DNA of 64,000 nt from Myxococcales bacterium (lineage in GTDB: Bacteria; Myxococcota_A; Polyangia; Polyangiales; DASUME01), in the NCBI GenBank assembly GCA_047601445.1, contig JASGJH010000001.1:7392001-7456000 (forward strand), read 5' to 3'. Position 1 is the stretch's first letter, and the number at the start of each line of letters is the position of its first letter. The notes under the pieces were generated by a model. That model was not told where the DNA came from. It saw nothing but the letters and a program-made list of their open reading frames with translations, and ran no database searches. Of this stretch, positions 29,701 through 40,047 are shown in pieces. The translations under genes and the position numbers were made by a program.

Positions 29701-29926
29701 CGGCGATGCGACCGAGCACGCGCTCGAGCGGCGTCGCGACGGTGGCCGCCATGGTCTCTGGACTCGCTCCAGGGAGTTGCGCCGACACGTTGATGACCGG
29801 CATGTCGACCTGAGGCAAGGAGGCAACCGGCAGCAGAAAGAAGGCCACCGCCCCCGGCAAGGTCAAGGCCAGCGCGAAGAGGCATGTGCCCACCGGTCGT
29901 CGGATGAACAGCTCGAACGCCTTCAC
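26786..29926 (-). CDS. mdtC: RND efflux permease, MdtC-like
   Basis: FIRRPVGT, GFVVDDAIVVLEN, GIVKKNAIMLID, RFRPILMTT. Confidence 0.9.
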   Translation of the reverse strand: MKAFELFIRRPVGTCLFALALTLPGAVAFFLLPVASLPQVDMPVINVSAQLPGASPETMAATVATPLERVLGRIAGVTEMTSTSSQGSTRVSLQFDLARDVDSAARDVQSAISAASALLPPNLPSPPIYRKANSASGPVLAIALTSPTRTQDQLYDVAFTNLGQRIAQVAGVGQVQVNGSSIRSVRIEVNPQVLTQRGLSLEQLRTALSTATADLPKGFIESKEERYLIHVRGKLARAQDYRDLIVRSTPAGVVRLSDVATIRDSVQELRNAGSSGGKPAVLLAVINQPGANIVQTVDAVKDLLREADSLVPADVEVKVVVDRSTTIRRSLREVEETLLLSIGLVVLVAFLFLRSARATIIPSVAIPVSLLGTLAIIYLCGFTLNNLSLMALIISTGFVVDDAIVVLENAVHHMERGLDARSAALRAVRNVGFTVVAMSVSLVAVFIPLLLMDGVVGRLFREFAVTLSIAVLLSMLVSLVVTPMLCAQLLRPPSTASSSSWVHRVLDAVSTLPERVYALTLGWALGHPRLMLTCLLGSVWLSVHLYQAIPKSFFPQQDTGRLQGIFRADQNIGFAAMRQKVAALMRIVGNDPDVDTFYEYGGGAAGNQFNTGSMFAQLRPRAERTATAEEVVQRLRPRLSKVPGVALLLSAQQDVNIGARQGAAQYQYTLLSSDLPALQALAPRFRGLLAKLPELTDVTSDFQDRGLATQVSLDRDRAAELGISARDIDATLNDAFGQRIVSTIYEPLNQYYVVLAVEPELARGPEALKNIYLPARGEQPVPLHSLAHWSRKHAPLAVNHQGQFAAATLSFNLAPGVSLERAARMIETTLEQASPTGSVWGTFAGSMQAFLSSLDNQPWLILSALVAVYLVLGMLYESLLHPLTILSTLPSAGVGALLALRLMDESFSVIALIGLILLVGIVKKNAIMLIDCALQLERTEHLTAAESIRRACLERFRPILMTTLAALLGALPLALGAGDGAELRRPLGISIVGGLLLSQVLTLYTTPVVYLVLHRLGSAWGVWRGRRGATNVDLAMDTTSRMMDSP
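26795..26810. promoter_or_regulatory. Island operator GTCCATCATACGAGAC (LLM monooxygenase 1)
   Basis: Minus strand reads TTGCAA-N16-TATGAT with the -10 inside the palindrome; lies in the last codons of mdtC. Confidence 0.75.
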
Positions 29927-32900
29927 GGACGCGCCTCGTCGGCCACCAAGGCGACTGGTGCCGCAGGCGCGTCGGTGCGGCGTCCGTGCAATCCGGCGAA
30001 GGCCAGGTACATCACGGGCGTGGTGAAGAGCGTGAGCACTTGGCTCAACATCAGGCCGCCGACCAGGGTGATGCCGAGTGGTTTGCGCAGCTCGGAGCCC
30101 GCGCCATCGCCCACGATCAGCGGAACCGCGCTCAGCAGGGCCGCCAGGGTGGTCATCAAGATGGGGCGGAACCGCAGCAGGCAGGCCTCGTAGATCGCTT
30201 GCGCGGGTTCCATTCCGCGCGTGCGCTCGGCTTCGAGCGCGAAGTCGATGATCATGATGGCGTTCTTCTGGACGATGCCGATCAAGAGCACGATGCCGAT
30301 GATGGCGATGACGCTCAGCTCATGTCCGCTCCAGCCGAGGGCGAGCAAGGCACCCACGCCGGCCGACGGCAAGGTGGAGAGAATGGTGAGCGGATGGACG
30401 AAGCTCTCATAGAGGATGCCGAGCACGATGTACATGGTGATGAGGGAGGCCAGCACCAGGAACAGCTCGTTTGATAGGGCCGAGCGGAAGGCCAGGGCAG
30501 CCCCGCGAAAGCGCGTCTGAACACCCGCGCCCAGGTCGAGGGCCGCGCGCTCGTTCTCGATGCGCTTCTCCGCTTCGCCCAGGGAGCTGCCAGCCGCGAC
30601 GTTGAAAGAGATGGTGGCGGCCGGCGCCTGCTTCTCACGATGCAGCACCAGGGCGGTGCTCTCCTGACGCACGTGGACCAGGCTCGAAAGCGGTACCGTT
30701 TGACCGTTCGCGGCCGTCACGTGAAGCTGGTCGAGTACCGCCAACCCGCTGGCCGAGCGCTGAGCTTCGAGCACCACCCGATACTGACTCGTCTGCGTGA
30801 ACACCGTGGAGACGAAGCGCTGTCCGAAGGCGCTGTACAGCAGATCATCGATGTTCGCCATGCTGATGCCCAGGCGGGCCGCCCTGTCGCGGTCGACCTC
30901 CAACGAAGCCGACAGGCCGCTGTGTCCAAACGTGGTCGACACGTCCTCGAGCTCGGGAAGCCGAGCCAGACGTTGTGCAAGTAGCGGCACGGCGCGTTCG
31001 AGCAGGTGCTCGTCCGAGCTCTCCACCAGATACTGGTACTCAGCCCGGGTCACGCGGTCTTCGACCGTGAGGTCCTGTACCGGCAGGAAATACGTCTTAA
31101 TCTCGGGGAGCTCGCGTAGCAGGTCTTTCCAACGGCGCGCGAGCTGGGCACTGCGCACGGAGCGCCCCTCACGACTCGGCTTCAGGGTAATCAATAGGCG
31201 ACCGCTGTTCAGCGTCGGATTCACGCCGTCGATTCCGAGCACGGACGTCACGCTTTGAACGGCCGGGTCGCTCGAGATGAAGCTGACGACCTGCGCCTGA
31301 AGCGCGGTCATCTTCGCGAAGGAGACCGTCGGTGGCGCTTCGGTAACGACTTGAATTACCCCGGTGTCCTGCGTCGGGAAGAACCCCTTGGGGATCCAAG
31401 CGACCAGCAGCACTGTCGCGGCCAATGTGGAAATGGCCGCCAAGAGCGCCACGTTTCGGTGCTTCAGAACCCAACTGAGTCCGTGTCCGTAGGCGCTCAC
31501 GATCTTGTCGAGCGCTCGCTCGACGCCAACCGCGTTCGGCAGGTGGGGGCGCAGCAGGCGCGCGCAGAGCATGGGCGTGAAGGTGAGCGAGACCACGGCG
31601 GAGATCACGATGGCGATCACCAACGTCACGGCAAACTCGCGGAACAGGCGCCCCACCACGTCAGCCATGAACAGCAGTGGGATCAACACGGCGCACAGGG
31701 AGCAGGTGAGTGAGACGATGGTGAAGCCGATCTCCTTGGAGCCGATCAGGGCGGCCTCGAAGGGACGCTCGCCGCGCTCCACGTGGCGGGCGACGTTCTC
31801 GATCATCACGATGGCGTCGTCGACCACGAAGCCGGTCCCGATAGTCAGGGCCATCAAGGTCAGGTTGTTGATGCTGAAACCCAGCAGGTGCATCACGCCG
31901 AAGGATCCGACCAGGGACAGCGGGACGGCCAAGCTCGGGATCAACGTGGCCGCGAAATTGCGCAAGAAGAGGAAGATCACCAGCACCACCAGGACGATGG
32001 CCAGCAAGAGCTCGCCCTCCACGTCGTGAATGGACGCACGGATGGTCTCGGTGCGGTCGGCTACGATCTCGAGCTTGATCGCGGCGGGGAGCGCAGCCTC
32101 GAGCTGCGGCAGGATCTCACGCACGCGATCGACGATGGCGATCACATTGGAGCCGGGTTGGCGCTGGACGCTGAGCAAGATGGCCGGTGTGCCGTTGGCG
32201 GAGGCCGCGAGGAACGAGTCCTCGACGTCGTCACGGACCTCGGCCACGTCGGCCAGGCGGACCATGCCGTCGTCGCGCACGCTGAGCACCAGGTTGCGAT
32301 ACTCCTCGGCGGTCTTGAGTTGGCCGTTGGTCTCGAGCGAGTAGGCGAGCTCCGTGCCGTCGAAGCCGCCCTTGGCTTGGTTCGAGTTGGCTGACGCGAT
32401 GGCCCCGCGCACGTGCTCGAAACCAAGGCCTCGTGCCGAAAGGAGCCGTGGGTTCACGCTCACGCGCACCGCAGGACGCGCGCCGCCGCCGAGGCTCACC
32501 AGGCCCACCCCCGGGATCTGCGAGATCTTCTGGACGAGCCTGGTGTCGGCCCAGTCCTGTACGACCGAGAGCGGTAGCGTCGGGGACGACACGGCCAGGG
32601 TCAACACGGGTGCATCGGCCGGGTTGACCTTGCTGTAGATGGGGGGCGACGGAAGGCTCGGGGGCAAGAAACTCGACGCCGCGTCGATCGCCGCCTGCAC
32701 CGTCTGTTCGGCGATGTCGAGGCTCACGTCCAGACCGAAGCGAAGATTGATCACCGAACTGCCGCTTGCGCTGGCGGACGACATTTGATCCAGTCCCGCC
32801 ATGGCGCCGAACTGACGCTCCAGCGGGGCGGTGATCGTGGTCGCCACGATCTCCGGGCTGGCTCCCGGGTACGAGGTGATCACCTGGATCGTCGGATAAT

Positions 32901-33021
32901 CCACTTCGGGCAAGGCGGACTGAGGCAAGAGTCGATAGCCGAGCACGCCCGAGAGGAAGATGGCCACCATGGTGAGGCTGGTCGCCACGGGTCGCAGAAT
33001 GAAGGGACGCGAGGGATTCAT
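29923..33021 (-). CDS. mdtB: RND efflux permease, MdtB-like
   Basis: MNPSRPFILRPVATSL, LPEVDYPTIQV, GFVVDDAIVMIEN. Confidence 0.92.
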   Translation of the reverse strand: MNPSRPFILRPVATSLTMVAIFLSGVLGYRLLPQSALPEVDYPTIQVITSYPGASPEIVATTITAPLERQFGAMAGLDQMSSASASGSSVINLRFGLDVSLDIAEQTVQAAIDAASSFLPPSLPSPPIYSKVNPADAPVLTLAVSSPTLPLSVVQDWADTRLVQKISQIPGVGLVSLGGGARPAVRVSVNPRLLSARGLGFEHVRGAIASANSNQAKGGFDGTELAYSLETNGQLKTAEEYRNLVLSVRDDGMVRLADVAEVRDDVEDSFLAASANGTPAILLSVQRQPGSNVIAIVDRVREILPQLEAALPAAIKLEIVADRTETIRASIHDVEGELLLAIVLVVLVIFLFLRNFAATLIPSLAVPLSLVGSFGVMHLLGFSINNLTLMALTIGTGFVVDDAIVMIENVARHVERGERPFEAALIGSKEIGFTIVSLTCSLCAVLIPLLFMADVVGRLFREFAVTLVIAIVISAVVSLTFTPMLCARLLRPHLPNAVGVERALDKIVSAYGHGLSWVLKHRNVALLAAISTLAATVLLVAWIPKGFFPTQDTGVIQVVTEAPPTVSFAKMTALQAQVVSFISSDPAVQSVTSVLGIDGVNPTLNSGRLLITLKPSREGRSVRSAQLARRWKDLLRELPEIKTYFLPVQDLTVEDRVTRAEYQYLVESSDEHLLERAVPLLAQRLARLPELEDVSTTFGHSGLSASLEVDRDRAARLGISMANIDDLLYSAFGQRFVSTVFTQTSQYRVVLEAQRSASGLAVLDQLHVTAANGQTVPLSSLVHVRQESTALVLHREKQAPAATISFNVAAGSSLGEAEKRIENERAALDLGAGVQTRFRGAALAFRSALSNELFLVLASLITMYIVLGILYESFVHPLTILSTLPSAGVGALLALGWSGHELSVIAIIGIVLLIGIVQKNAIMIIDFALEAERTRGMEPAQAIYEACLLRFRPILMTTLAALLSAVPLIVGDGAGSELRKPLGITLVGGLMLSQVLTLFTTPVMYLAFAGLHGRRTDAPAAPVALVADEARP

Positions 33022-34232
33022 GGATGCGCTGAGGTGGGCTGCGAATGGTCGCCGCTGGCGCGCGCCGCCGTGCCCTCCGGTTGCACTGGGGCGTCCTTGG
33101 GGGGCTCTTTGAAGCTCACCTGGCTGCCCTCGCGCACGCCATCGATACCCTGCACGACCACCAGTTCACCGGCGCTCACGCCCCCACGCACCACCGCCTC
33201 GGGGCCCTCCGTCGGGCCGAGCTCGAGCTTGCGTACCGAAGCCACGTGGTCCTTCCCGACCACGTAGGCGAAGGGGCCTTCGCGCCCCCTTTGCACGGCG
33301 CCGATGGGGATGACGGTGGCGTCGCGCACGACCTGAACCACGAAGCGCACGTTCACGAACTGGTTCGGGAAGAGCGCGCCATCGTGGTTGTCGAACTCCG
33401 CCTTCAGTTTGACCGTTCCGCTGCTGGCGTCGATTTGATGGTCGATCGTCGCGAGTTTCCCGCGCGCGAGCCGGCGGTGCGAGCCCTTGTCCCAGGCTTC
33501 GACCTCGAGCGGACGCTTGGCCTGCCGGGCGCGCGCCAGCTCCTGGACCACCGCGGCCACCGTGTCCTCGGGCAGGGTGAACACGACCGTGATGGGCTCC
33601 ACCCCGTGGATGACGGCCAAAGCCGTAGTCGCGTCGACGTTGTTGCCCACATCGAGTTGACGGAATCCGATGCGGCCGCGAATCGGCGCGCTGATCCGTG
33701 TGTGACCCAACTCGAGGGCGGCGGCGTCGTGGATGCCCTGGCTGATGCGCTCGTTGGCCTGATACTGCCCCACCAGACTCTCCTGCGCGGCCACTTCCTG
33801 CTCGGAGATCAGACGATCCTTGGCGAGCACGCGGGCACGCTCGAGGTCGGCCCTGGCGTGGGCGAGCACCACGCGGTCCTTGTCGAGCTGGCCTTCGGTT
33901 TGGGTCAGGCGGGCGCGGAACTCACGCGGGTCCACTTCGGCCAGCACCTGGCCACGCTCGACCCACTCCCCTTCTCGAAAGCTCACTCGCACGAGCTGTC
34001 CTGTGACCCGGCTGCGCACGTTTACGGACTCGGACGGCACCACCGTCCCGAGACCCGACAGAACCACGGGTAGGTCGCGAACTTGGGCCTGGCTCACGCC
34101 CACCGTGACGACGCGCGGACCGGCCCGGGTGGGACTCTCCGCGGCGGCCTCGGTGGAGAGCCGTGACCATGTCAGAGCCCCTGCGAGCACGCCGCACGGC
34201 AACGCTGCCAAAAGCAGGAATTTCCTCAACAT
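33018..34232 (-). CDS. mdtA: RND membrane fusion protein, MdtA-like
   Basis: N-terminal anchor MLRKFLLLAAL, VNVRSRVTGQL, ISAPIRGRIG, LFPNQFVNV. Confidence 0.92.
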   Translation of the reverse strand: MLRKFLLLAALPCGVLAGALTWSRLSTEAAAESPTRAGPRVVTVGVSQAQVRDLPVVLSGLGTVVPSESVNVRSRVTGQLVRVSFREGEWVERGQVLAEVDPREFRARLTQTEGQLDKDRVVLAHARADLERARVLAKDRLISEQEVAAQESLVGQYQANERISQGIHDAAALELGHTRISAPIRGRIGFRQLDVGNNVDATTALAVIHGVEPITVVFTLPEDTVAAVVQELARARQAKRPLEVEAWDKGSHRRLARGKLATIDHQIDASSGTVKLKAEFDNHDGALFPNQFVNVRFVVQVVRDATVIPIGAVQRGREGPFAYVVGKDHVASVRKLELGPTEGPEAVVRGGVSAGELVVVQGIDGVREGSQVSFKEPPKDAPVQPEGTAARASGDHSQPTSAHP

Positions 34233-34301
34233 CGGCAGACCTCGGGGCAGCGAGGGAACCCGGAAGGGCGCCCGCCCGCCCGGTCGTCTCGACGGACAAG
34301 T

Positions 34302-34317
34302 GTCTATCTTAATGGAC
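34302..34317. promoter_or_regulatory. Island operator GTCTATCTTAATGGAC (mdtABC)
   Basis: Exact reverse complement of the site at 38133-38148; about 70 nt before mdtA. Confidence 0.82.
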
Positions 34318-34369
34318 TGGTGTCCGCAACCCGATGCGACGACGCGTCCGGGGCCCGAAAGACGGCGCG

Positions 34370-36230
34370 TCAGGCCTCGAGCGGCCGGGCGCCCTCGCTC
34401 GTTGTGCTCCCTGCGCCGGCGGCGCGCGGGAGGTCTCTTGCTCCGCCGTAGCGGCGGGCCACGATGCGACCGTCCTGGATCGTCAGGATCTGATCGGCGT
34501 TCTCGATCGTGCTCAAACGGTGGGCGATGACGAAGCTGGTGCGCCCCCGCATGAGGCGCTGCATGGCCTCCTGAATGTGACGCTCGGTGCGCGTGTCGAT
34601 ACTGCTGGTGGCCTCGTCGAGGATCAGGATGGCCGGATCGGCCAGAATGGCCCGCGCGATGGCCAACATCTGCCGTTGCCCGTGGCTCGAAATTGCCGCC
34701 GCGTTCGTGGAGCAACGTGTCGTAGCCGAGCGGAAGACGTTCGATGAATGCGGCGGCGTTCGCAAGGCGGGCGGCTGTCAGGACCTCCTCGTCCGTCGCC
34801 TCGAGCCGGCCATAGCGAATGTTGTCGCGCACCGTGCCGCTGAACAGGAAAGTGTCCTGCAGCACGATGCCGAGCTGACGCCGGAGGTCCTCTTTGCGGT
34901 ACTCACGCAGATCCACGCCGTCGACCACGATGCGTCCGGCATTGATCTCGTAGAAGCGCGTGAGCAAGTTGACGATGGTGGTCTTGCCGGCGCCGGTGGG
35001 GCCGATCAGCGCGACGGTCTGCCCCGCGCGTGCGTGCAGCGTGACATCCTTCAGCACCGGCACATCCCGGCGATAGGCAAAGTTGACGCCCTCGAAGCGC
35101 ACATCGCCGCGAATCCGTCGGCGCGTGTCCATCTGCTCGGCATCTATCTCGGCGGTCTCGTCAATGGTCTCGAAGACACGCTCGGCCCCTGCCATGGCGG
35201 CTTGGAACGCGTGGTACAGGTTCGCGACCTCGTTGAGGGGCCTACCGAACTGGCGGGTGTAGTTGATGAAGGTCGCGATGGTCCCCACGCTGATCGATCC
35301 GCGGATCGCCAGCAGTCCGCCGACTCCGGCCACGATGGCGAGGGCCGCGTGATTCACGGTATTCATCATGGGGCCGGTGAAGCCGCTCACGGTCTGCGCC
35401 CGGATCGCGGTCTCGCGATAGTCCGCTTCGATGGCCTCGAAGCGCGTCGTGACCGCGGGCTCTTGCCCGTAGGCCTTGATCACTTTCTGTCCGCCGATGG
35501 TCTCCTCGACGAAGCCGTACAAGCGACCGAGGGCGCTCTGTTGTTCTCGGTAGCGGATGTGGCTCTTTTCGGCGAGCCAGCGGTTGAGCCCGATGGTGAG
35601 ACCAGCCACGGTGGTCACCGCGAGCACGCCGAGCACGGGGTGGAGCACCGCCATGGTGATGGCGATGGCGGCCGTAGTCAGTCCCCCCGATACGAGCTGT
35701 GAGACGCTGTTGCTCAGCACCTGATTGATGCTCTCGACATCGCTGGTGAGGCGCGCCATCAACTCGCCGTGCACTCTGCGGTCGAAGAACTCGAGCGGAA
35801 GCTGCTGAAGCTTGTGGAAGAGATCCGCGCGAATATCCCGCATGGTTCGCTGGGCCGCCCCCGCCATCAGATGACTCTGGGCGAGGTTCAAGAGCGCGCT
35901 GCTCGCATAGACGCCGACCATGAGGAGTGCGAGCTGAGCGAGGCCGCCGAGCTGGCGCGGCACGATGTGCCGATCGATGGCGCGGCGCAGTAGAAGTGGA
36001 CCCGACAAGTCCAGCGCAACGATCGCGGCAACTAGGCACCCCGTGATGGTAAGGGGCGCGCGTTGGCGCCCAAGATAGCTCCATAGTCGGCGCAGGGTCG
36101 CCCTGGTGTGCTGAGGACGCTCCTCGCCCCGCGCTCGTGCGCGGTTTCCCCGCCCACCTCCGAGTCCGCGGACAGGGGGCAGCGGGGGCGACGACGCCGT
36201 GGAGTGGCGGGGGCCGTCAGGGGCGGACAT
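34370..36230 (-). CDS. ABC exporter TMD-NBD subunit, frameshifted at about 34688
   Basis: GPTGAGKTT; removing one base restores N(L/F)[28 protein letters not shown]. Confidence 0.9.
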
Positions 36231-37971
36231 CGCGGGCTCCGTGTTGGATCTGTGACGCATGGATTTCTTGGTAGACCGCGCAGGACTCGGCGAGCTCCGC
36301 GTGTGATCCGTCTCCCACGATGGCGCCGTCCTCGAGCACGAGGATGCGGTCCGCGTGGGCCGCGCTGCTGACACGCTGCGTCACCACGATGCGGGTCTGG
36401 CCGGCAAGTCGCTCGCTCAGGGCTGCCTGAATGCGAGCCTCCGTCGCGGAGTCGATGGCGCTCGTGCAGTCGTCGAGGATCAAGATGGGCGTCTCGGGCA
36501 ACAGGGCGCGCGCGATGGCGAGGCGCTGCTTTTGTCCGCCCGAGAGATTCACGCCGCGCTGACCGACGAGGGTCTCGTAGCCCTCCGGGCGTTGTGCCAC
36601 GAACTCATGGGCCTGGGAGCGCTGCGCCGCCGCGACGACCTCTTCGTCGCGCGCCTGGGGCCGGCCGAGGGCGACGTTTTCCCGAACGCTGGCGCTGAAC
36701 AGGATGGACTCCTGGAGCGCTACGCTGACTCGTTGGTGCAGCTCGCTGCGGGGTATGTCACGCACGTCGATGCCATCGAGCTTCACCCGTCCGCGACTGA
36801 CGTCGTAAAAGCGTGGGATCAGCTGGACCAGGCTCGATTTGCCGGCGCCTGTCGCCCCCAAAATGGCCAGCGTCTGCCCTGGCTCCACCCGAAAGCTCAC
36901 CTTCCTCAGCACCTGAGGGCCATCGGGTCCGGCATAGCCGAAGCTTACGTCCTCGAACTCAACTTTGCCCCGCGACGCGGGTATACGTACTGCGGGTGGG
37001 GCCGCTGGGTAAGCGAGGCTCGGAGTCTTGTTCAGCAGTTCCCCGAGGCGGCGCGCAGAAGCCTGAGCACGCGAGACCTGCACCACCAGGTTGCTGAACA
37101 GGACCAGCGCATTGAGTGCCTGGACCAGGTAGTTGATGAAGGCGACCACCTGTCCCACCTTCATGCCGCCTACCTGCACCTGTTGTCCGCCGAGCCACAG
37201 GGCCGCGACGATGCCGGCGTTCAACGTGAAGGTCATGGCTGGCGTGGTGCGTGCGCCGGTGCGCACCGCCTGTGCCATTGACTCGATCAATGCCTGGTTC
37301 TTGCGCGCGAAGCGCTCCCGCTCGTGGGGCGCGCGGGCGAAGGCCTTGACTACCCGCACGCCCGCGAGGTTCTCCTGCAGCACGGTGTGGAGCTCGTCCA
37401 GGCGCTGCTGGACCTGGCGATAAAGTGGAAACGTGGCGCGGATGATTGCGAAGAGCGTGCCCGCTAGCACGGGCAGGATCACGCAAAAAATCAGCGAGAG
37501 TCGTGGGCTGATGGTGCTGGCCATGAGCACGCTGCCGAGCACGAGGAGCGGCATACGGACCATGCCGCGTAGCAGCATCGTCACCATCTCCTGGACCTGG
37601 TTCACGTCGCTGGTGAGGCGCGTGATCAGAGTGCCGGTCTCGAATCGATCGAGGTCGTAAAACGAGAGACTCTGAATCTGCGCGAACACGGCGCGGCGAA
37701 TGGCGCCGCCCATGCGATAGGCGGCCCTGACCGCGAAGAACGTACAACCCCCGCCGCACAGCATGGCCAACAGGAAGGAGCCCGCCATCGCGCTCGCGCT
37801 GCGCAGCACCAGCCCGCTGTCGCCCCGGCCGATACCCTCGTCGATGATGTGCTGCACGAAGCGCGGCTGGAGCAGGTCGAGCGCCACCTCCGTCATCATC
37901 AACAGAGGAGCCAGCAGGGCCAGGCGCCTATAGGGCCGGAGATAGCGAAACAGTCGGTAGAGATCGCCCAT
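36217..37971 (-). CDS. ABC exporter TMD-NBD subunit (degenerate-site partner)
   Basis: GATGAGKSS, LSGGQKQR, Walker B ILDDCTS and switch TQR, as in heterodimeric exporters. Confidence 0.93.
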   Translation of the reverse strand: MGDLYRLFRYLRPYRRLALLAPLLMMTEVALDLLQPRFVQHIIDEGIGRGDSGLVLRSASAMAGSFLLAMLCGGGCTFFAVRAAYRMGGAIRRAVFAQIQSLSFYDLDRFETGTLITRLTSDVNQVQEMVTMLLRGMVRMPLLVLGSVLMASTISPRLSLIFCVILPVLAGTLFAIIRATFPLYRQVQQRLDELHTVLQENLAGVRVVKAFARAPHERERFARKNQALIESMAQAVRTGARTTPAMTFTLNAGIVAALWLGGQQVQVGGMKVGQVVAFINYLVQALNALVLFSNLVVQVSRAQASARRLGELLNKTPSLAYPAAPPAVRIPASRGKVEFEDVSFGYAGPDGPQVLRKVSFRVEPGQTLAILGATGAGKSSLVQLIPRFYDVSRGRVKLDGIDVRDIPRSELHQRVSVALQESILFSASVRENVALGRPQARDEEVVAAAQRSQAHEFVAQRPEGYETLVGQRGVNLSGGQKQRLAIARALLPETPILILDDCTSAIDSATEARIQAALSERLAGQTRIVVTQRVSSAAHADRILVLEDGAIVGDGSHAELAESCAVYQEIHASQIQHGARDVRP

Positions 37972-38053
37972 GGACCAACACTTCGACGACCGCTGGCTCC
38001 CGTCGGGAGTCGACCCGTAGGTGGCCGCTTCCCATCGGCGGGACGTTCGTTTA

Positions 38054-38069
38054 GTCCAGTATACGAGAC
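38054..38069. promoter_or_regulatory. Island operator GTCCAGTATACGAGAC (ABC exporter pair 1)
   Basis: Contains TATACT on the minus strand; in the divergent intergenic region. Confidence 0.8.
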
Positions 38070-38132
38070 GTCGCGTCCTGGGCAATCTCGAAACGGTTCC
38101 CGCTGGGCAGTCCGCGAAGCTTGCCATTCGGT

Positions 38133-38148
38133 GTCCATTAAGATAGAC
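38133..38148. promoter_or_regulatory. Island operator GTCCATTAAGATAGAC (DszB-like paralog 2)
   Basis: Extended palindrome GTGTC-N10-GACAC. Confidence 0.82.
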
Positions 38149-38232
38149 ACGCGGTCAGTGCGTCCAGGTTGCATGGCAGAGGCGGCCCTCTTCCTGGCGT
38201 GATCTACGGCTCTTCGAGGAAGGCACAATCCA

Positions 38233-39308
38233 ATGAGCAAGCAACACAACGAGATCGACACCCTCTGGTACACGCGCTGCGCAGGGAACGGGCGCGGCGG
38301 CGTGCCCACAGCGACCGGCATCGCCCACCAGCTCGGCTGGATCCAGGAAGAATTCAAGAGCGACGGCTTTCGTTTGCGCACCCTGCAGGACGACGACGCA
38401 GTCGACGTCGCCTACAACCACTACGACCACGACCTCACGACGCTGATCCGCGAGGGCGGCAACCTCTACTCGATCCCCGCCAAGGCCCAGGGCGCCAAGA
38501 CCAAGCTCATCGGCCTCACCTGGATCGACGAGGCTCAGTCCATTCTCGTGCGCCCCGATTCGGAGATCCGCACGCCCCAGCAGCTCAAGGGGAAGCGTCT
38601 CGCTCTGCCCGCGTTCCGTGACGAGGACATCCGGGAGAACAAGCGTGGGCGCAGCCTGGCCCGCGTCCAGAGCCTGCACGGCTATCACGGCGCGCTCAAA
38701 TCGGTGGGCCTGACGTTCGACGACGTGAAGCTCGTCGAGGTGGGCAACGAGAACGACGCTCGCTCGGGCGATATCCGTCGCACCGAGGGCGTCTTCTGGC
38801 CGGGCTTTTCCCCGCTGCTCGAGGGTAAGGTGGACGCCCTCTACGTCAAGGGCGCCAACGCCCAGGACATCGCGCGTCGGCTCGGCGTGAAGGTCGGCAT
38901 CGACCTCGACAAGCTGCCGGAGAAGCGCTTCCGCGTGAACAACGGTACCCCGCGTCCCATTACGGTGAGCGACTACTTGCTCGAGAACCACTTCGACGTG
39001 GTGGTGCGCTTCCTGGCCGTGACCTTGCGCGCCGCCGAGTGGGGCAAGACGCATCAGCAGGAGGTCTACGATCTTCTGGGTAAGGAGATCGGCGCATCTC
39101 CCGAGGGCCTGAGGGCCGCCTACCGCGAAGACTTCCACCTGTCACTCGCGCCCGATCTTCGGAGGAGCGCCTCGAGCTCTTCCGACAGGAGAAGGATTGG
39201 CTGCTCCAGTACGGCATCCTCGACCGCGACTTCGACTATGACGCGTGGATCGACCGCCGCCCGATCGAGGCCGCGCAGCGCCTGCTCAAGAAGAGCAAGG
39301 CAGCTTGA
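38233..39308 (+). CDS. DszB-like protein, paralog 2, frameshifted at about 39158
   Basis: TLWYTRC(AGNGRG)GVPT, NHYDH, IREGG, RVNNGTPRPIT; adding one base gives DLSEERLELFRQEKDWLLQYGILDRDFDYDAWID and a stop at 39306-39308. Confidence 0.85.
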
Positions 39309-39391
39309 GCGCACCGGCCCCGAGCAGGAGCTCCAGGGGGCTCTAGACTAGGGGCCGCCGCTACCGGTCCGGCCGCTGCGTCGTCGTGGAC

Positions 39392-39937
39392 TTACGGTGA
39401 GCCGGACCGCAAGGTCGCCAGGAACATGCGGCACTCGCGGGCGCTGCGCAGCCGATGAAACGCCAGGCGGGACCAGGTTGGATCGGACGCGCGAGCGGTG
39501 TATGCCGCGCGGACGTGCTCGAAGCGTGTGGCGGCCCAGAGCACGATGTTCTGCTGCGGGTTGATACGCAGCAATCGCCTGAGTTGCTCACGGTTTCCAT
39601 TCCACACGACCGTACCGTACAGGCCGCGAGCGAGGCTTCGCCGAATGACCCGGACCATGACGACGGATTTCGGCGGATCCAGCCACACCACTGCATCCGC
39701 CGCGCTCCAGACGATGTCGAGTACTCCTTGGGAGCTGTAGTTTCCGTCCACCACCCAGCCCGGCTGCCGGCAATAAGCCGAGACCCGGGCCCGAAACTCC
39801 TCCGAAGGCAAAGGCGACCAGTTCGCCTGGTGGTACCAGCTGTCGAGCTCGAGCCGCGGGATACCGAGTGTGTGCGCGATCGCCGTGGCCATCGTCGTCT
39901 TGCCCGAGCCTGCACAGCCCACCACGGAGATTCGCAT
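39392..39937 (-). CDS. P-loop adenylate kinase-like protein (FlaR/topology-modulation family)
   Basis: VVGCAGSGKTT, ELDSWYHQANW, WVVDGNY, ADAVVWLD. Confidence 0.88.
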   Translation of the reverse strand: MRISVVGCAGSGKTTMATAIAHTLGIPRLELDSWYHQANWSPLPSEEFRARVSAYCRQPGWVVDGNYSSQGVLDIVWSAADAVVWLDPPKSVVMVRVIRRSLARGLYGTVVWNGNREQLRRLLRINPQQNIVLWAATRFEHVRAAYTARASDPTWSRLAFHRLRSARECRMFLATLRSGSP

Positions 39938-39961
39938 CCTCGCCTCTCGTCAGTGCGCGGA

Positions 39962-39977
39962 ATCTCGTATGATAGAC
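39962..39977. promoter_or_regulatory. Island operator variant ATCTCGTATGATAGAC (kinase-like gene)
   Basis: One mismatch to GTC; TTGACG just upstream on the minus strand. Confidence 0.65.
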
Positions 39978-40047
39978 ACGCTCTATCGTCAAGGACGTGC
40001 GCGCAGACCTGGCGCAAGGCCGCGATGGACCGGCGGCCTCCGCGCGA

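Noticed and set aside
33018..36374. 1118-aa apparent ABC exporter-membrane fusion protein chimera
   Set aside because: Caused by a +1 frameshift at about 34688. The true ABC C-terminus is in the 34370-34765 frame, and mdtA has its own start and operator.
39316..39358. CGGCCCC...GGGGCCG inverted repeat between convergent genes
   Set aside because: Short GC stem with a long loop and no U-tract; too weak to call a terminator.
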